This document shows, piece by piece, positions 27,284 to 36,038 of a stretch of 37,299 nt of DNA. Within the stretch, counting starts at the first letter, position 1. Each line of letters opens with the position of its first letter. Below the pieces are notes generated by a model. The model was not told the origin of the DNA, did not search any database, and saw only the letters and a list, made by a program, of their open reading frames with translations. Source of the DNA: Fibrobacteria bacterium (lineage in GTDB: Bacteria > Fibrobacterota > Chitinivibrionia > Chitinivibrionales > FEN-1185); NCBI GenBank assembly GCA_037447435.1, contig JBBIGR010000037.1:15561-52859 (forward strand). Reading direction: 5' to 3'. The translations under genes were made by a program, and so were the position numbers.

Positions 27284-27474
27284 TTATAAGTCAAACTCAT
27301 AAAATAGTTCCATGCCGGCATGACGATGTTATTCTCATACGCCATCTGCAAAAGGTCTTTCAGCACCGGGCAATAGGTGCACGGCATTTCGCTTTCGTAT
27401 TTTTCACATTTCCACATTGTACACAAGTCTTCATTTTTCTTCCGTAGATCCTGGCCGATAGTTTCCCGCTTCAT
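27280..27474 (-). CDS. Small (64 aa) Cys-rich hypothetical protein
   Basis: Strong GGAGGAG RBS; stop overlaps the ABC ATG (ATGA); motif Cx4Cx8Cx2C. Confidence 0.65.
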   Translation of the reverse strand: MKRETIGQDLRKKNEDLCTMWKCEKYESEMPCTYCPVLKDLLQMAYENNIVMPAWNYFMSLTYK

Positions 27475-27491
27475 AATCAACTCCTCCGGGC

Positions 27492-27881
27492 TTACTCTTT
27501 ATTATGAGGAAGCAATTGCGAAACATGCGAGACGAATTCATATATGTCGAACGGTTTATCCAAACATTCCCTGACGCCCTTTGCCTTGAGGTCGGCAAAT
27601 AATTCTTTGGTACCAAACGCCGTCATGATCAATGTCGGAGGGAGGACATTATTCGCCACAAGCACATCGACGAGTTCCTTGCCGGTCATATCGGGTAATT
27701 GAATGTCCGAAATAAGAAGATCGTACGGTTTGCCGATGCAATGCGCGTTGATGACGAATTCCAAAGCCTGCTTTGCGCTGCGCGTTGCCAATACCCCATA
27801 ATTATGACGCTTTAGTGTAAAAGTCAAGGAATGAACCAACGGAGCATCATCCTCGACCAATAAAATCCTTTTATCGTTCAT
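27492..27881 (-). CDS. Stand-alone response-regulator receiver (CheY-like)
   Basis: ILLVEDD, DLLISDIQLPDMTG, MTA, KPF. The ORF-track extension to 27953 runs through the sigma-54 promoter. Confidence 0.88.
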   Translation of the reverse strand: MNDKRILLVEDDAPLVHSLTFTLKRHNYGVLATRSAKQALEFVINAHCIGKPYDLLISDIQLPDMTGKELVDVLVANNVLPPTLIMTAFGTKELFADLKAKGVRECLDKPFDIYEFVSHVSQLLPHNKE

Positions 27882-27936
27882 GAAGAAACCTTTATAATGA
27901 ATAATGCTGCGGCAACCAACCAAGGTATGCTTTATA

Positions 27937-27952
27937 TGCATCTGGCGTGCCA
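27937..27952 (-). promoter_or_regulatory. Sigma-54 (-24/-12) promoter
   Basis: Minus strand TGGCACGccagaTGCA gives GG-N10-GC spacing; adjacent to a GAFTGA activator gene. Confidence 0.8.
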
Positions 27953-28150
27953 AAAGCCGGATATGAATGTAACTTTAAATTTTATAACCGGTTACGACGA
28001 TATAATGTTCGCTCCATCTCGATAAATAGCTGTGAAGAAATTCAACAAAAAGATTATTTGGGAAATCTCAAATACGGAGTACGGCTTTGTAAAAAGGTAA
28101 AAAAAAATCTCGCAACCGTTGCAAATCCGGGAAAATGGCGCAATTGCCGG

Positions 28151-29566
28151 TTATTCCGACGGTTTATTGATCCGTTTGTTTAAGGCGGACCTTGTCAGTC
28201 CAAGCAGACCGGCCGCAATGGATTGGTTATTGGAAGAACGGTTGAGCGCTTCTTCGACAAGGGCATTTTCCGCCTCTTTTATTGTTGGAATTTTATCCAA
28301 TTTCATCAGACATGTTTTATACCCTTCGTTCCCGTTCTGTAAATCCTGACGCAACCCCGAAGAGCCGATTTTTTCCTTTATCGAATCCAAGGACATCACG
28401 CCGCCGGCATGCCTGCTCACTGCATCGTATATGATGCTTTTAAGTTCCCGCACGTTGCCGGGGAACGCGTATGTTGACAAGAGCACATTCAATTCGGGAG
28501 GAGACGTGGGAATCTTTTTGCCCAGTTCCTTCGCCGCGGCTTCCATGAAATAATCGGTCAACACTCCGATATCGTCTTTTCTTTGGCGTAACGGCGGGAT
28601 CTGCACGTGATGGGTTTGCAACCGGTAAAACAAATCGCTCCGGAACCCTTTTGCGTTCATCAGCGCGGCCAAATCTCGGTTTGTCGCGACAATGACTTTC
28701 GCATCGGTTAAAACCGGCATGTCCGACCCGAGCGGGTAATAGGTATGTTCCTCAAGGAGCCTGAGCAGTTTAACCTGCGATTCCAAAGATAAATCTCCGA
28801 TTTCGTCAAGAAATATCGTTCCGCCTTTTGCCTTGGCCAGCAACCCCGTTCGCGGCCTGTCGGCACCGGTAAACGCACCTTTTTCATGACCGAACAAAGT
28901 ATCCGAGAACAGCGTATCGTCGAGGCCGGCTACATTTACCTGGACGAATTCCCCTTTTTTATTGCTTGATATATGCAATGAGCGCGCAATCATTTCTTTA
29001 CCCGCGCCGGTTTCACCGCTGATGAGCACGGGCATACTCGTACCCGCGATCGCCTCAATGTATCCGAAAAGCGATTGCATGGACCTGTTCCGTGTCACGA
29101 TATGCGCAAAAGCCTCGGGGGTTTTCAGTTCGGCCGACAACAAAAAATGCTTAAGCCGCCTGTTTTCCGATCTGATGTCGCCGAATTCAATCGCATTTTT
29201 TACCGAGGTGACCAAACGTGTTTTATCGATGGGCTTGACAAGATAATCTATGGCCCCTGCTTTGATGCAATCAACCGCGGTTTCGACCTCGTTTACAGCG
29301 GTGAGCATGATAACGGGTAGTTCGGGCCACGCTTTGGATAAATCGGCAAGCACTTCACGCCCGGTTTTATGGGGCATAAGCAGATCGCAAATAACGACGC
29401 ATGCAGCATGCTCTTCAAGCAACGCAGCTACCCGGCGACTATCGTCGCACGTCACGATGTTGTTGATGCCGCTCGACCGCAATGAAAATGAAGCGCTTTG
29501 GAGAAAATGCTGTTCGTCATCGACAAGCATTACGGGAAATTGGGGATACAAGGCGGATGTAGTCAT
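28151..29566 (-). CDS. NtrC-family sigma-54-dependent response regulator (REC-AAA+-Fis HTH)
   Basis: [45 protein letters not shown]-terminal HTH. Alternative start at 29581. Confidence 0.93.
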   Translation of the reverse strand: MTTSALYPQFPVMLVDDEQHFLQSASFSLRSSGINNIVTCDDSRRVAALLEEHAACVVICDLLMPHKTGREVLADLSKAWPELPVIMLTAVNEVETAVDCIKAGAIDYLVKPIDKTRLVTSVKNAIEFGDIRSENRRLKHFLLSAELKTPEAFAHIVTRNRSMQSLFGYIEAIAGTSMPVLISGETGAGKEMIARSLHISSNKKGEFVQVNVAGLDDTLFSDTLFGHEKGAFTGADRPRTGLLAKAKGGTIFLDEIGDLSLESQVKLLRLLEEHTYYPLGSDMPVLTDAKVIVATNRDLAALMNAKGFRSDLFYRLQTHHVQIPPLRQRKDDIGVLTDYFMEAAAKELGKKIPTSPPELNVLLSTYAFPGNVRELKSIIYDAVSRHAGGVMSLDSIKEKIGSSGLRQDLQNGNEGYKTCLMKLDKIPTIKEAENALVEEALNRSSNNQSIAAGLLGLTRSALNKRINKPSE

Positions 29567-29597
29567 AGTAATAGGCGCCATTTCCAGAAAAAAATTA

Positions 29598-32288
29598 TTA
29601 ATCAGCCGGTAACGAAATGGTTGCGATTGTTCCTTTTCCAAAATCCGATTCGATGAACAAATCACCGCCATGTTCTTTCACGATATTATACGAAATCGAA
29701 AGACCGAGTCCCGTACCGCCGCTGTCCCGCTTCGTGGTAAAAAACGGATTCATGATTTGCACGAGGTTTTCCGGCGATATGCCGGCTCCTTCGTCCGAAA
29801 CCTTGACAATGACCCTATTTTTTTCCGAAGAATACATTGTGGTTATCGTTATGGCCTGAGTCGTATTTGTCAGAGCCTGACAGGCGTTTTGGACCAGATT
29901 GATGACGACTTGCTCGATTTTCTGGAATGCACCTTTAAACTTCGGCAATCCGGCACCTGCTTCAAAGGTGAACTTTTTCGTCGATTTCTTGATCATATTG
30001 TTTACAATGACGATTGCGGCCTCGACAACGGCATTAATGTCAACGCTTTGATCTAATGTAAATGGTTCCTGACGCGAAAAGTCCTTAAGGTTTTGGACGA
30101 TGTTCCTGATACGTTTTGCGCCGTCTGAAATGCCGTTGATGAGCGAACCGACTTCGTCTTTGATCTCCGAATAGCGGAGGCCCGCGACCAAAAAATCGCC
30201 TTGCTGCGATTCGAGCGCGTCCAAACGGGGCCGTATGTCCTTCCAAATATCGGCGATATTATCGCTGTTTAGAATAATGAAATTATTGGGATTATTGATT
30301 TCATGCGCTACTCCTGAAACCAAAACACCCAGTGTCGCCATTTTGTCGGCCTGAATCAATTTCTGCTGTTGCTGCCGTGCCAGTTCTTCAGCTTTCTGAC
30401 GTTCGACGATTTCGGTTTGCAATTGATCGATGGTTTGGGACAGTTCCCGCGTTCGTTCTTTCACGAGATCTTCCAAACGGAGCCTGTGCTTCTCCAGCTC
30501 CTGTTCAACACGCCTGCGCTGCGTAATGTCTATCCCGGTCGAGACGATATGTTCCACGGTTCCATTCACATCGGTCAATGCGGTATTATACCACGAAATC
30601 AGTATGGGGATCCCGTTTTTGGCTACCCAGTGGTTCTCATGCTGGTTCGGATAATGGCCCGATTCGATACGGGAAAAAACTTCCCGCACGCCCTCGATTT
30701 CCCCGGGCGGAATAAAAATGTCCCAGAATTGTTTGTCGATTACTTCACTGGAATCATATCCGGTTACGATCTCGCAGGTTTTATTGAAACGGACGATGGT
30801 CCCTGCTTTATCGACAACCAAAACCAATGCTCCCGCAGTTTCGAAAATTGCCGAATTGAAATCGCGTTCGCTTTTGAGTTCCGCGGCAACAGCCTTAAGA
30901 TTGGTTATATCGTTTCCCACGCAAAGCAATTCCGCGATTTTTCCTGTTTTGTCAAAAATCGGTTTATTCGTCCAGGACACCCAAACCCGTTGACCGTTTT
31001 TCCGGATATTCTCATTCTCGTTTTGTTTGTAACGGTCGGGATTATCGCACAGGTCTTTCACATACGCCGCAAGGTCCGCACCCGAAGCGTCGGTATGCGG
31101 CACAATGGTTCCGACGGCATTTTTTCCAATTATCTCCTGCTTTGTAAATTTGAAAAAATCCTCTGCGAATTTATTGAAAAACGAGATATTGCCGCTCGTA
31201 TCCATCCGTAAAATGATGCTGTTCGCATTTTCCACCATCTCAAGGAATTTTTGTTCCGCCGACATCCGTTCCTGCGCCTCGTTTTCCAAGCGTTTTACCG
31301 TATGTACAAGTTCATGGGTTCTCTGGGACACCTGTCGTGCAAGAGAACGGTTCCAAACGAGTATGACGATAATGACAAGGGATGTTCCCAAAAAAAGCGA
31401 TATGAATATGATCCAAAACGTCTTGTTCGATACGAGCGGCCGTCGTTCCAAATGGACCCAATGTTGAAAAATCGTCTTCTTTTCACTTTCTGGAATACCG
31501 GCAAAAGCCTTGTCCAGAATACCGACCAATTCCGGCCAATCGTTGCGTACTGCAAACGACAAATTCGAACTATATTCTGTTTCGCCTGCGAACCGTAAAT
31601 TGGTAATGCCCTCTTCTTCGATGCAATGCGTCGCGGTTGCGAGGTTTTCGATCATGGCGTCGCACATACCGAAAGAAACCTTGCGCAACCCGGTCTGCAC
31701 GTCAGGAACAGTATCAAGCTTTATAGTCGGATAATCGCGAGACAAATATTCCTGCCAAACATAGCCCGACACGATGGCAACCTTCATCCCTGCCAGTTTT
31801 TTCGGGCTTATGTTGTCCCTGACCTCTTTACGGGTAATAATAACTCCCGGCATCATGCTGTGCGGGTTCGAAAAATTAAGGTATACTTTCCTTTTCGGCG
31901 TTTCGCCCGCAGCGGAGAGCATGTCGATATCATGCGTTTTTATTTTTTGCAATACATCCGACCAGTTATCGCAATGGACAACGGTAAATTTGATGCAGAG
32001 TCTTTTTTCCACTAATCCGATATAATCGGCGGCTATACCGACAAAACGCCTGTTTTCATCAAACCATTCGATGGGAGGAAAATTCGGGTCAGGGCCGATT
32101 TTAATTATGGGATGCTCCGCAAGCCACCGGTGCTCCGACTCTGTCAATTCACAGGTCTGGCTTTTTTTCAAATTCATGGCACAGACGGCGGTTGCGGTTA
32201 TGAATACAATGGCAATTATCGAAATCAGGCATTTATGAGGGATGTGCATAGGACTTGAAAATACAATCGGCAATTTTCCTTTTCCCAT
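29598..32288 (-). CDS. Sensor histidine kinase: periplasmic solute-binding (SBP family 3) domain, TM, two PAS domains, HisKA, HATPase
   Basis: 'PNFPPIEWFD..GIAADY', TM segment, two PAS domains, 'GVAHEINNP', 'NLVQNA', 'DEGAGI', 'PFFTTK..GTGLGL'. Alternative start at 32249. Confidence 0.93.
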   Translation of the reverse strand: MGKGKLPIVFSSPMHIPHKCLISIIAIVFITATAVCAMNLKKSQTCELTESEHRWLAEHPIIKIGPDPNFPPIEWFDENRRFVGIAADYIGLVEKRLCIKFTVVHCDNWSDVLQKIKTHDIDMLSAAGETPKRKVYLNFSNPHSMMPGVIITRKEVRDNISPKKLAGMKVAIVSGYVWQEYLSRDYPTIKLDTVPDVQTGLRKVSFGMCDAMIENLATATHCIEEEGITNLRFAGETEYSSNLSFAVRNDWPELVGILDKAFAGIPESEKKTIFQHWVHLERRPLVSNKTFWIIFISLFLGTSLVIIVILVWNRSLARQVSQRTHELVHTVKRLENEAQERMSAEQKFLEMVENANSIILRMDTSGNISFFNKFAEDFFKFTKQEIIGKNAVGTIVPHTDASGADLAAYVKDLCDNPDRYKQNENENIRKNGQRVWVSWTNKPIFDKTGKIAELLCVGNDITNLKAVAAELKSERDFNSAIFETAGALVLVVDKAGTIVRFNKTCEIVTGYDSSEVIDKQFWDIFIPPGEIEGVREVFSRIESGHYPNQHENHWVAKNGIPILISWYNTALTDVNGTVEHIVSTGIDITQRRRVEQELEKHRLRLEDLVKERTRELSQTIDQLQTEIVERQKAEELARQQQQKLIQADKMATLGVLVSGVAHEINNPNNFIILNSDNIADIWKDIRPRLDALESQQGDFLVAGLRYSEIKDEVGSLINGISDGAKRIRNIVQNLKDFSRQEPFTLDQSVDINAVVEAAIVIVNNMIKKSTKKFTFEAGAGLPKFKGAFQKIEQVVINLVQNACQALTNTTQAITITTMYSSEKNRVIVKVSDEGAGISPENLVQIMNPFFTTKRDSGGTGLGLSISYNIVKEHGGDLFIESDFGKGTIATISLPAD

Positions 32289-32335
32289 TGATTTATTACC
32301 AACGCCTTTTCACGGCTTTGTCTGTTGCAATAGCG

Positions 32336-32830
32336 TTAAAACTTTATTTTGGGAAGCGGAACAATCCGCGATACCCTTTGTGCATAATCGATATATTCGT
32401 TTCCAAAAATTCTCAGTAAATCCGCCTCTTCTTTTTTAATAAGAATAGCGATATTGATGCATAAAAATACGGCTGCGGCACAATAAACCCACGTTGCCGT
32501 TGCAAACGAAATGGCGGGCAGAATAAAAAATGCAAAACTGGAATATATCGGATTTCGGCAAACGCCGTATGCCCCATTTTTAACCAATTTTCCGTTTGGA
32601 AAATAAATGAGAAGCTGGCCCAATGCGGTTGCCCAAAACCCGACCCCTATGACCAGCAGCAGTAAGGCGATGGGCGTTAAAATATACCGAGGGAAAGGCA
32701 CAGCGGCAAGGGAAGGAAAGTAAATCTGCATGAGTATTCCCGCTAAAACAAATGGCATTGTCGACAACATTATTTTAGGTCCCTGCCCCGTAATTTTCAT
32801 TCCGTTCGATGATTTAAAAATTGGATTCAT
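32336..32830 (-). CDS. Isoprenylcysteine carboxyl methyltransferase/PEMT-family membrane protein
   Basis: 'LVKNGAYGVCRNPIY', 'EEADLLRIFGNEYIDY..RV.R'. Confidence 0.85.
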   Translation of the reverse strand: MNPIFKSSNGMKITGQGPKIMLSTMPFVLAGILMQIYFPSLAAVPFPRYILTPIALLLLVIGVGFWATALGQLLIYFPNGKLVKNGAYGVCRNPIYSSFAFFILPAISFATATWVYCAAAVFLCINIAILIKKEEADLLRIFGNEYIDYAQRVSRIVPLPKIKF

Positions 32831-33096
32831 GATTTTACCTTTTATGAGGATTTAATAATTGAAATAAAGATTTTATATAAATGATAAATAATAAAAGCAT
32901 TTTTTATGCCATCATGGAATAAACGATTCAATGTTTTTAAATTCAATTTGTTACAATTCCTTTTTCACACATTTCCGATTAAAGCTCTGTGCATTTTTTC
33001 ACATTTTTCGTAACAAAGTTCCAAATCTCACAAGGTTTTAATCGAATTATCCTCGAATAATTGTTTACCGAAACATTCGGAGTTTGATGTTTTTCT

Positions 33097-33124
33097 TTGC
33101 TTTTTATAAAAAATCGCGTATACT
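33097..33124 (+). promoter_or_regulatory. Possible sigma-70 promoter for the TIGR02147 operon
   Basis: TTGCTT-N16-TATACT. Confidence 0.4.
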
Positions 33125-33200
33125 TAGATAGGGCGCTTTGTTTACCGGTTTAAAAATGTAATGGGTTGGTTACCCGAGGGATAAACTATATTTTTGACCT

Positions 33201-34028
33201 ATGAAGAATATTTTCGAATACAATAATTACCGGACATTCCTTAAGGACTACTACGAGGAACGAAAAGAACGGGAAGGTTATACATACCGTGACTTTTCGC
33301 AGGAAACCGGCATGAATTCTTCTTCATGGCTTATGCATTTAATTCGCGGGACTAAAAATCTTTCCCTCGACACGACCGCTCGCATTGCAAATTCTCTCCG
33401 TTTCAATAAACATGAAATCGAATATTTCGAGTTCTTGGTCCAGTTTACTCAGGCGGAAAGCAACCAATCAAAAAATCTTTTCTTCAACAAAATGCTCGAT
33501 GTCAAGAAAAAGCTCAAAATAATCCGCATTGGTGAAGAACAATACGAATATTATACGAAATGGTATTACCCCGTTGTCCGGTCTTTAGTCTCAAAAGTGA
33601 AATGGGACGATAATTTCTCCGTACTTGCGAAAGCGCTGTTACCTGCGATCACACCGGGTGAAGCGAAAAAGGCTGTTGCGCTTTTGGTAAAATTAAACTT
33701 TATTGAAAAAAAGTCAGACGGCGCATGGGTACAGAAATCGGAAGTCATCACCACGGGCGACGAAGTAATGTCGCTCAACATTGTCAATTATCACAAGCAG
33801 GTGACAAAATTAGCGGAAGACGCTTTCGATCGGACCGGCCCAAAGCGTCGCGACATTTCCTCCCTGACTATGGGAATCAATAAGGCAGATTTTCAGCAAA
33901 TCAAATCCAAAATACAGCTGTTCCGCAAGGAAATAATGGAAATTGCCCGGGCTTCCGAAAACGCCGACAGAGTTTACCAGCTCAATTTTCAGTTCTTTCC
34001 GGTAAGTCAATCTGAGGATGAAGAATGA
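33201..34028 (+). CDS. TIGR02147-family protein (N-terminal HTH plus DUF4423-like domain)
   Basis: 'IFEY.NYR.FLKDYY...YRDF...G..S...G.KNLS', 'YY.KWY.PVVR', 'RDISSLT', 'VYQLNFQFFP'. Confidence 0.85.
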   Translation: MKNIFEYNNYRTFLKDYYEERKEREGYTYRDFSQETGMNSSSWLMHLIRGTKNLSLDTTARIANSLRFNKHEIEYFEFLVQFTQAESNQSKNLFFNKMLDVKKKLKIIRIGEEQYEYYTKWYYPVVRSLVSKVKWDDNFSVLAKALLPAITPGEAKKAVALLVKLNFIEKKSDGAWVQKSEVITTGDEVMSLNIVNYHKQVTKLAEDAFDRTGPKRRDISSLTMGINKADFQQIKSKIQLFRKEIMEIARASENADRVYQLNFQFFPVSQSEDEE

Positions 34029-35692
34029 TCCCGAAGCATAAAACCTTTATTCTCCTGCTGTCGGCAATGTCATGCGTACTACTAATCCGCTGCACGAAAG
34101 CTCCGCTGGCAGGCGATGTAACCGAAACCGGAAACGCAACAGTTGCCGGTCTCATACTGGATACCAAACAATATCCCGCCCGCAACACGGTCGTCCGCCT
34201 TATCCCTGAAAATTATGATCCGGTTAAAGATGCGGCGCTTCCCGAAACTTTGTCCGACACAACCGACCAATATGGCCGTTTCAGCATATCGACGAAACGT
34301 TCCGGAAAATTCAACATCATTGCATCCTGCGACAAAGACACGACTGGCGCATTTGTAAAATGCGTTGAACTGAGACCCGACGATACGACCCAGTCCCCCA
34401 CCGGTTTTTTGACGCATTGCGGGGCGATTTCGGTACAAAATCCGTTAAATGCCGATTCAACTTCCGGGTACATTTATATCCAAGGTTCGCCGTTTTTTAA
34501 CCGGCTGGATCATAACCCCGTTGTACCTGTCATCGTTTCCAATATTCCGGCGTGTACCACCACCTCCGTTTACTATTCCGAACAATCGGAAGCGGGCACT
34601 ACGGTTCTTATGGCCAAATGCGTAGTCACAAAGGCGCATGATACCGTGGAGATCACCAGGCTTAACAGAGGCGAAAATTTACTTATAGGTATAGACGATC
34701 AGACAAAAAGTTACGACGTCCTCAAGCGGAATAAATCTTTGTTCAGTTTCCAAGTCGGGTATTCCAATAATAACGCCGGGCTTGGAGGAAATTATTCAAG
34801 AATCCATATGCCGTTTATTTTAACGAAAATCAGCCAAAGCGATTCGCTTGGACTTCGCCCTGCTTTCGCATTGCAGGGGTTCAGCGAAACATCTTTTGAT
34901 TCCATAAAAAATCAATTCACAGACAACTATTTTATGGCAAATTATTATCGGAGCTACATCGAAGCGATGACTGCTCTAAAGGGCAAAAACGCCGTAATAA
35001 TTCTCGAACCGTATACGCTGGCGTTCTACGCGCAACGTGCAAATTTATACCCCGCAACATGTTTACCCGGTATGGAACCGGTTATGGTCAACAATTGCGG
35101 CATTGTGGAAAATCAGAATTTTGCAAATACATTTGTCGGTTTCATCCAGGCATTAGTTCATCATACCCATTCTATCGCACCCGATGCTACTATAGGTTTT
35201 TATCTGGTCAACTGGGCCCTTTATACGAGTAACTCGGCCCAGGAGCTTGTGTATTGGCCAAAGGCAGATCAAACGGCAAATGTCGATGCGTGGAAGGGGT
35301 TTCTGGATCAACTTTCTGTAATGAACGATATCGACTTCCTCAGTTTTGGAAAAGCCAAAACCGATGCCGGCCTCACCGGGCAATCATCATCATATTGGAC
35401 TTCAGTGCAATTAACCAGTTATCTTTCCTATTGTAACATGCTTCATCAAAAGTTCAATAAGCCTCTGGTGGGATGGTTATTGCCTATCGGGCATATGGGT
35501 TTGCCAAACACTCAATTCAGGTATGAAGACACCTTTGTCGAGTATTTTTTTGCAAACAGGCAATCATTTTCCGATGCCGGTTTTACCGCAATGTTGTTTG
35601 GAAAAAACAATCCTTCAGGCACCGACTTATCCGATTCCGCTGGAATTGGCGATGACGGTTGGTTCATCAATAAGTTGAAAAATCAAAATTAA
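34025..35692 (+). CDS. Lipoprotein with carboxypeptidase-regulatory-like beta-sandwich and C-terminal glycoside-hydrolase-like domain
   Basis: ATGA overlap with upstream gene; lipobox-like LIR-C; 'AG..TETGN', 'DTTDQYGRF'. The C-terminal barrel-like region ('IILEP', 'W.LPIGH', 'LFG', 'DDGWF') is a low-confidence assignment. Confidence 0.65.
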   Translation: MIPKHKTFILLLSAMSCVLLIRCTKAPLAGDVTETGNATVAGLILDTKQYPARNTVVRLIPENYDPVKDAALPETLSDTTDQYGRFSISTKRSGKFNIIASCDKDTTGAFVKCVELRPDDTTQSPTGFLTHCGAISVQNPLNADSTSGYIYIQGSPFFNRLDHNPVVPVIVSNIPACTTTSVYYSEQSEAGTTVLMAKCVVTKAHDTVEITRLNRGENLLIGIDDQTKSYDVLKRNKSLFSFQVGYSNNNAGLGGNYSRIHMPFILTKISQSDSLGLRPAFALQGFSETSFDSIKNQFTDNYFMANYYRSYIEAMTALKGKNAVIILEPYTLAFYAQRANLYPATCLPGMEPVMVNNCGIVENQNFANTFVGFIQALVHHTHSIAPDATIGFYLVNWALYTSNSAQELVYWPKADQTANVDAWKGFLDQLSVMNDIDFLSFGKAKTDAGLTGQSSSYWTSVQLTSYLSYCNMLHQKFNKPLVGWLLPIGHMGLPNTQFRYEDTFVEYFFANRQSFSDAGFTAMLFGKNNPSGTDLSDSAGIGDDGWFINKLKNQN

Positions 35693-35795
35693 ATAAGCGC
35701 ATGTTTTGTTTACGCTAAAAACAATTAAAATAAAATTAAAATCTAAAAAGTAAAAATTTCTTTGGTTTTTTCATTTTATTTGCTTATATTTATAT

Positions 35796-36023
35796 CATGC
35801 TTGTTTACCAGAATTTTAAAACAAGCATGCATAAATCGGTTACTATGTAAATGCAGGCGTTTGGTCGATTAAAGTTTTAGGGCAGCATTCCTTGTATTTG
35901 GGGGGGGACGACTGTTAAAAGCTTTTCGACAAACGCCTGTTTTCATTTTCCCATGGCTTCTTGACTTCATTGGATTGTTAAAATAAAAAGAAACGCCGGA
36001 CGTTGTCCGGCGTTTCTTTTTTT
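35796..36023 (+). ncRNA. Candidate stand-alone structured small RNA (~225 nt)
   Basis: Upstream TTGGTT-N17-TATATT (35762-35790); 5' hairpin; long imperfect rod; terminator with U-tract; no ORF longer than 17 codons on the + strand. Confidence 0.45.
35985..36023. terminator. Bidirectional intrinsic terminator
   Basis: AAAAAGAAACGCCGGAC-gtt-GTCCGGCGTTTCTTTTT(TT), a perfect 17-bp stem. Confidence 0.9.
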
Positions 36024-36038
36024 AACGTGTTCGAAAAC

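Noticed and set aside
27882..27953. N-terminal extension of the receiver protein from TTG 27953
   Set aside because: Overlaps the sigma-54 promoter; the receiver domain begins at ATG 27881.
30369..31211. 280-aa + strand ORF
   Set aside because: Antisense to the histidine kinase.
35869..35970. 33-codon minus-strand ORF inside the candidate sRNA
   Set aside because: No RBS, lies immediately past the terminator, and has no hydrophobic toxin-like character.
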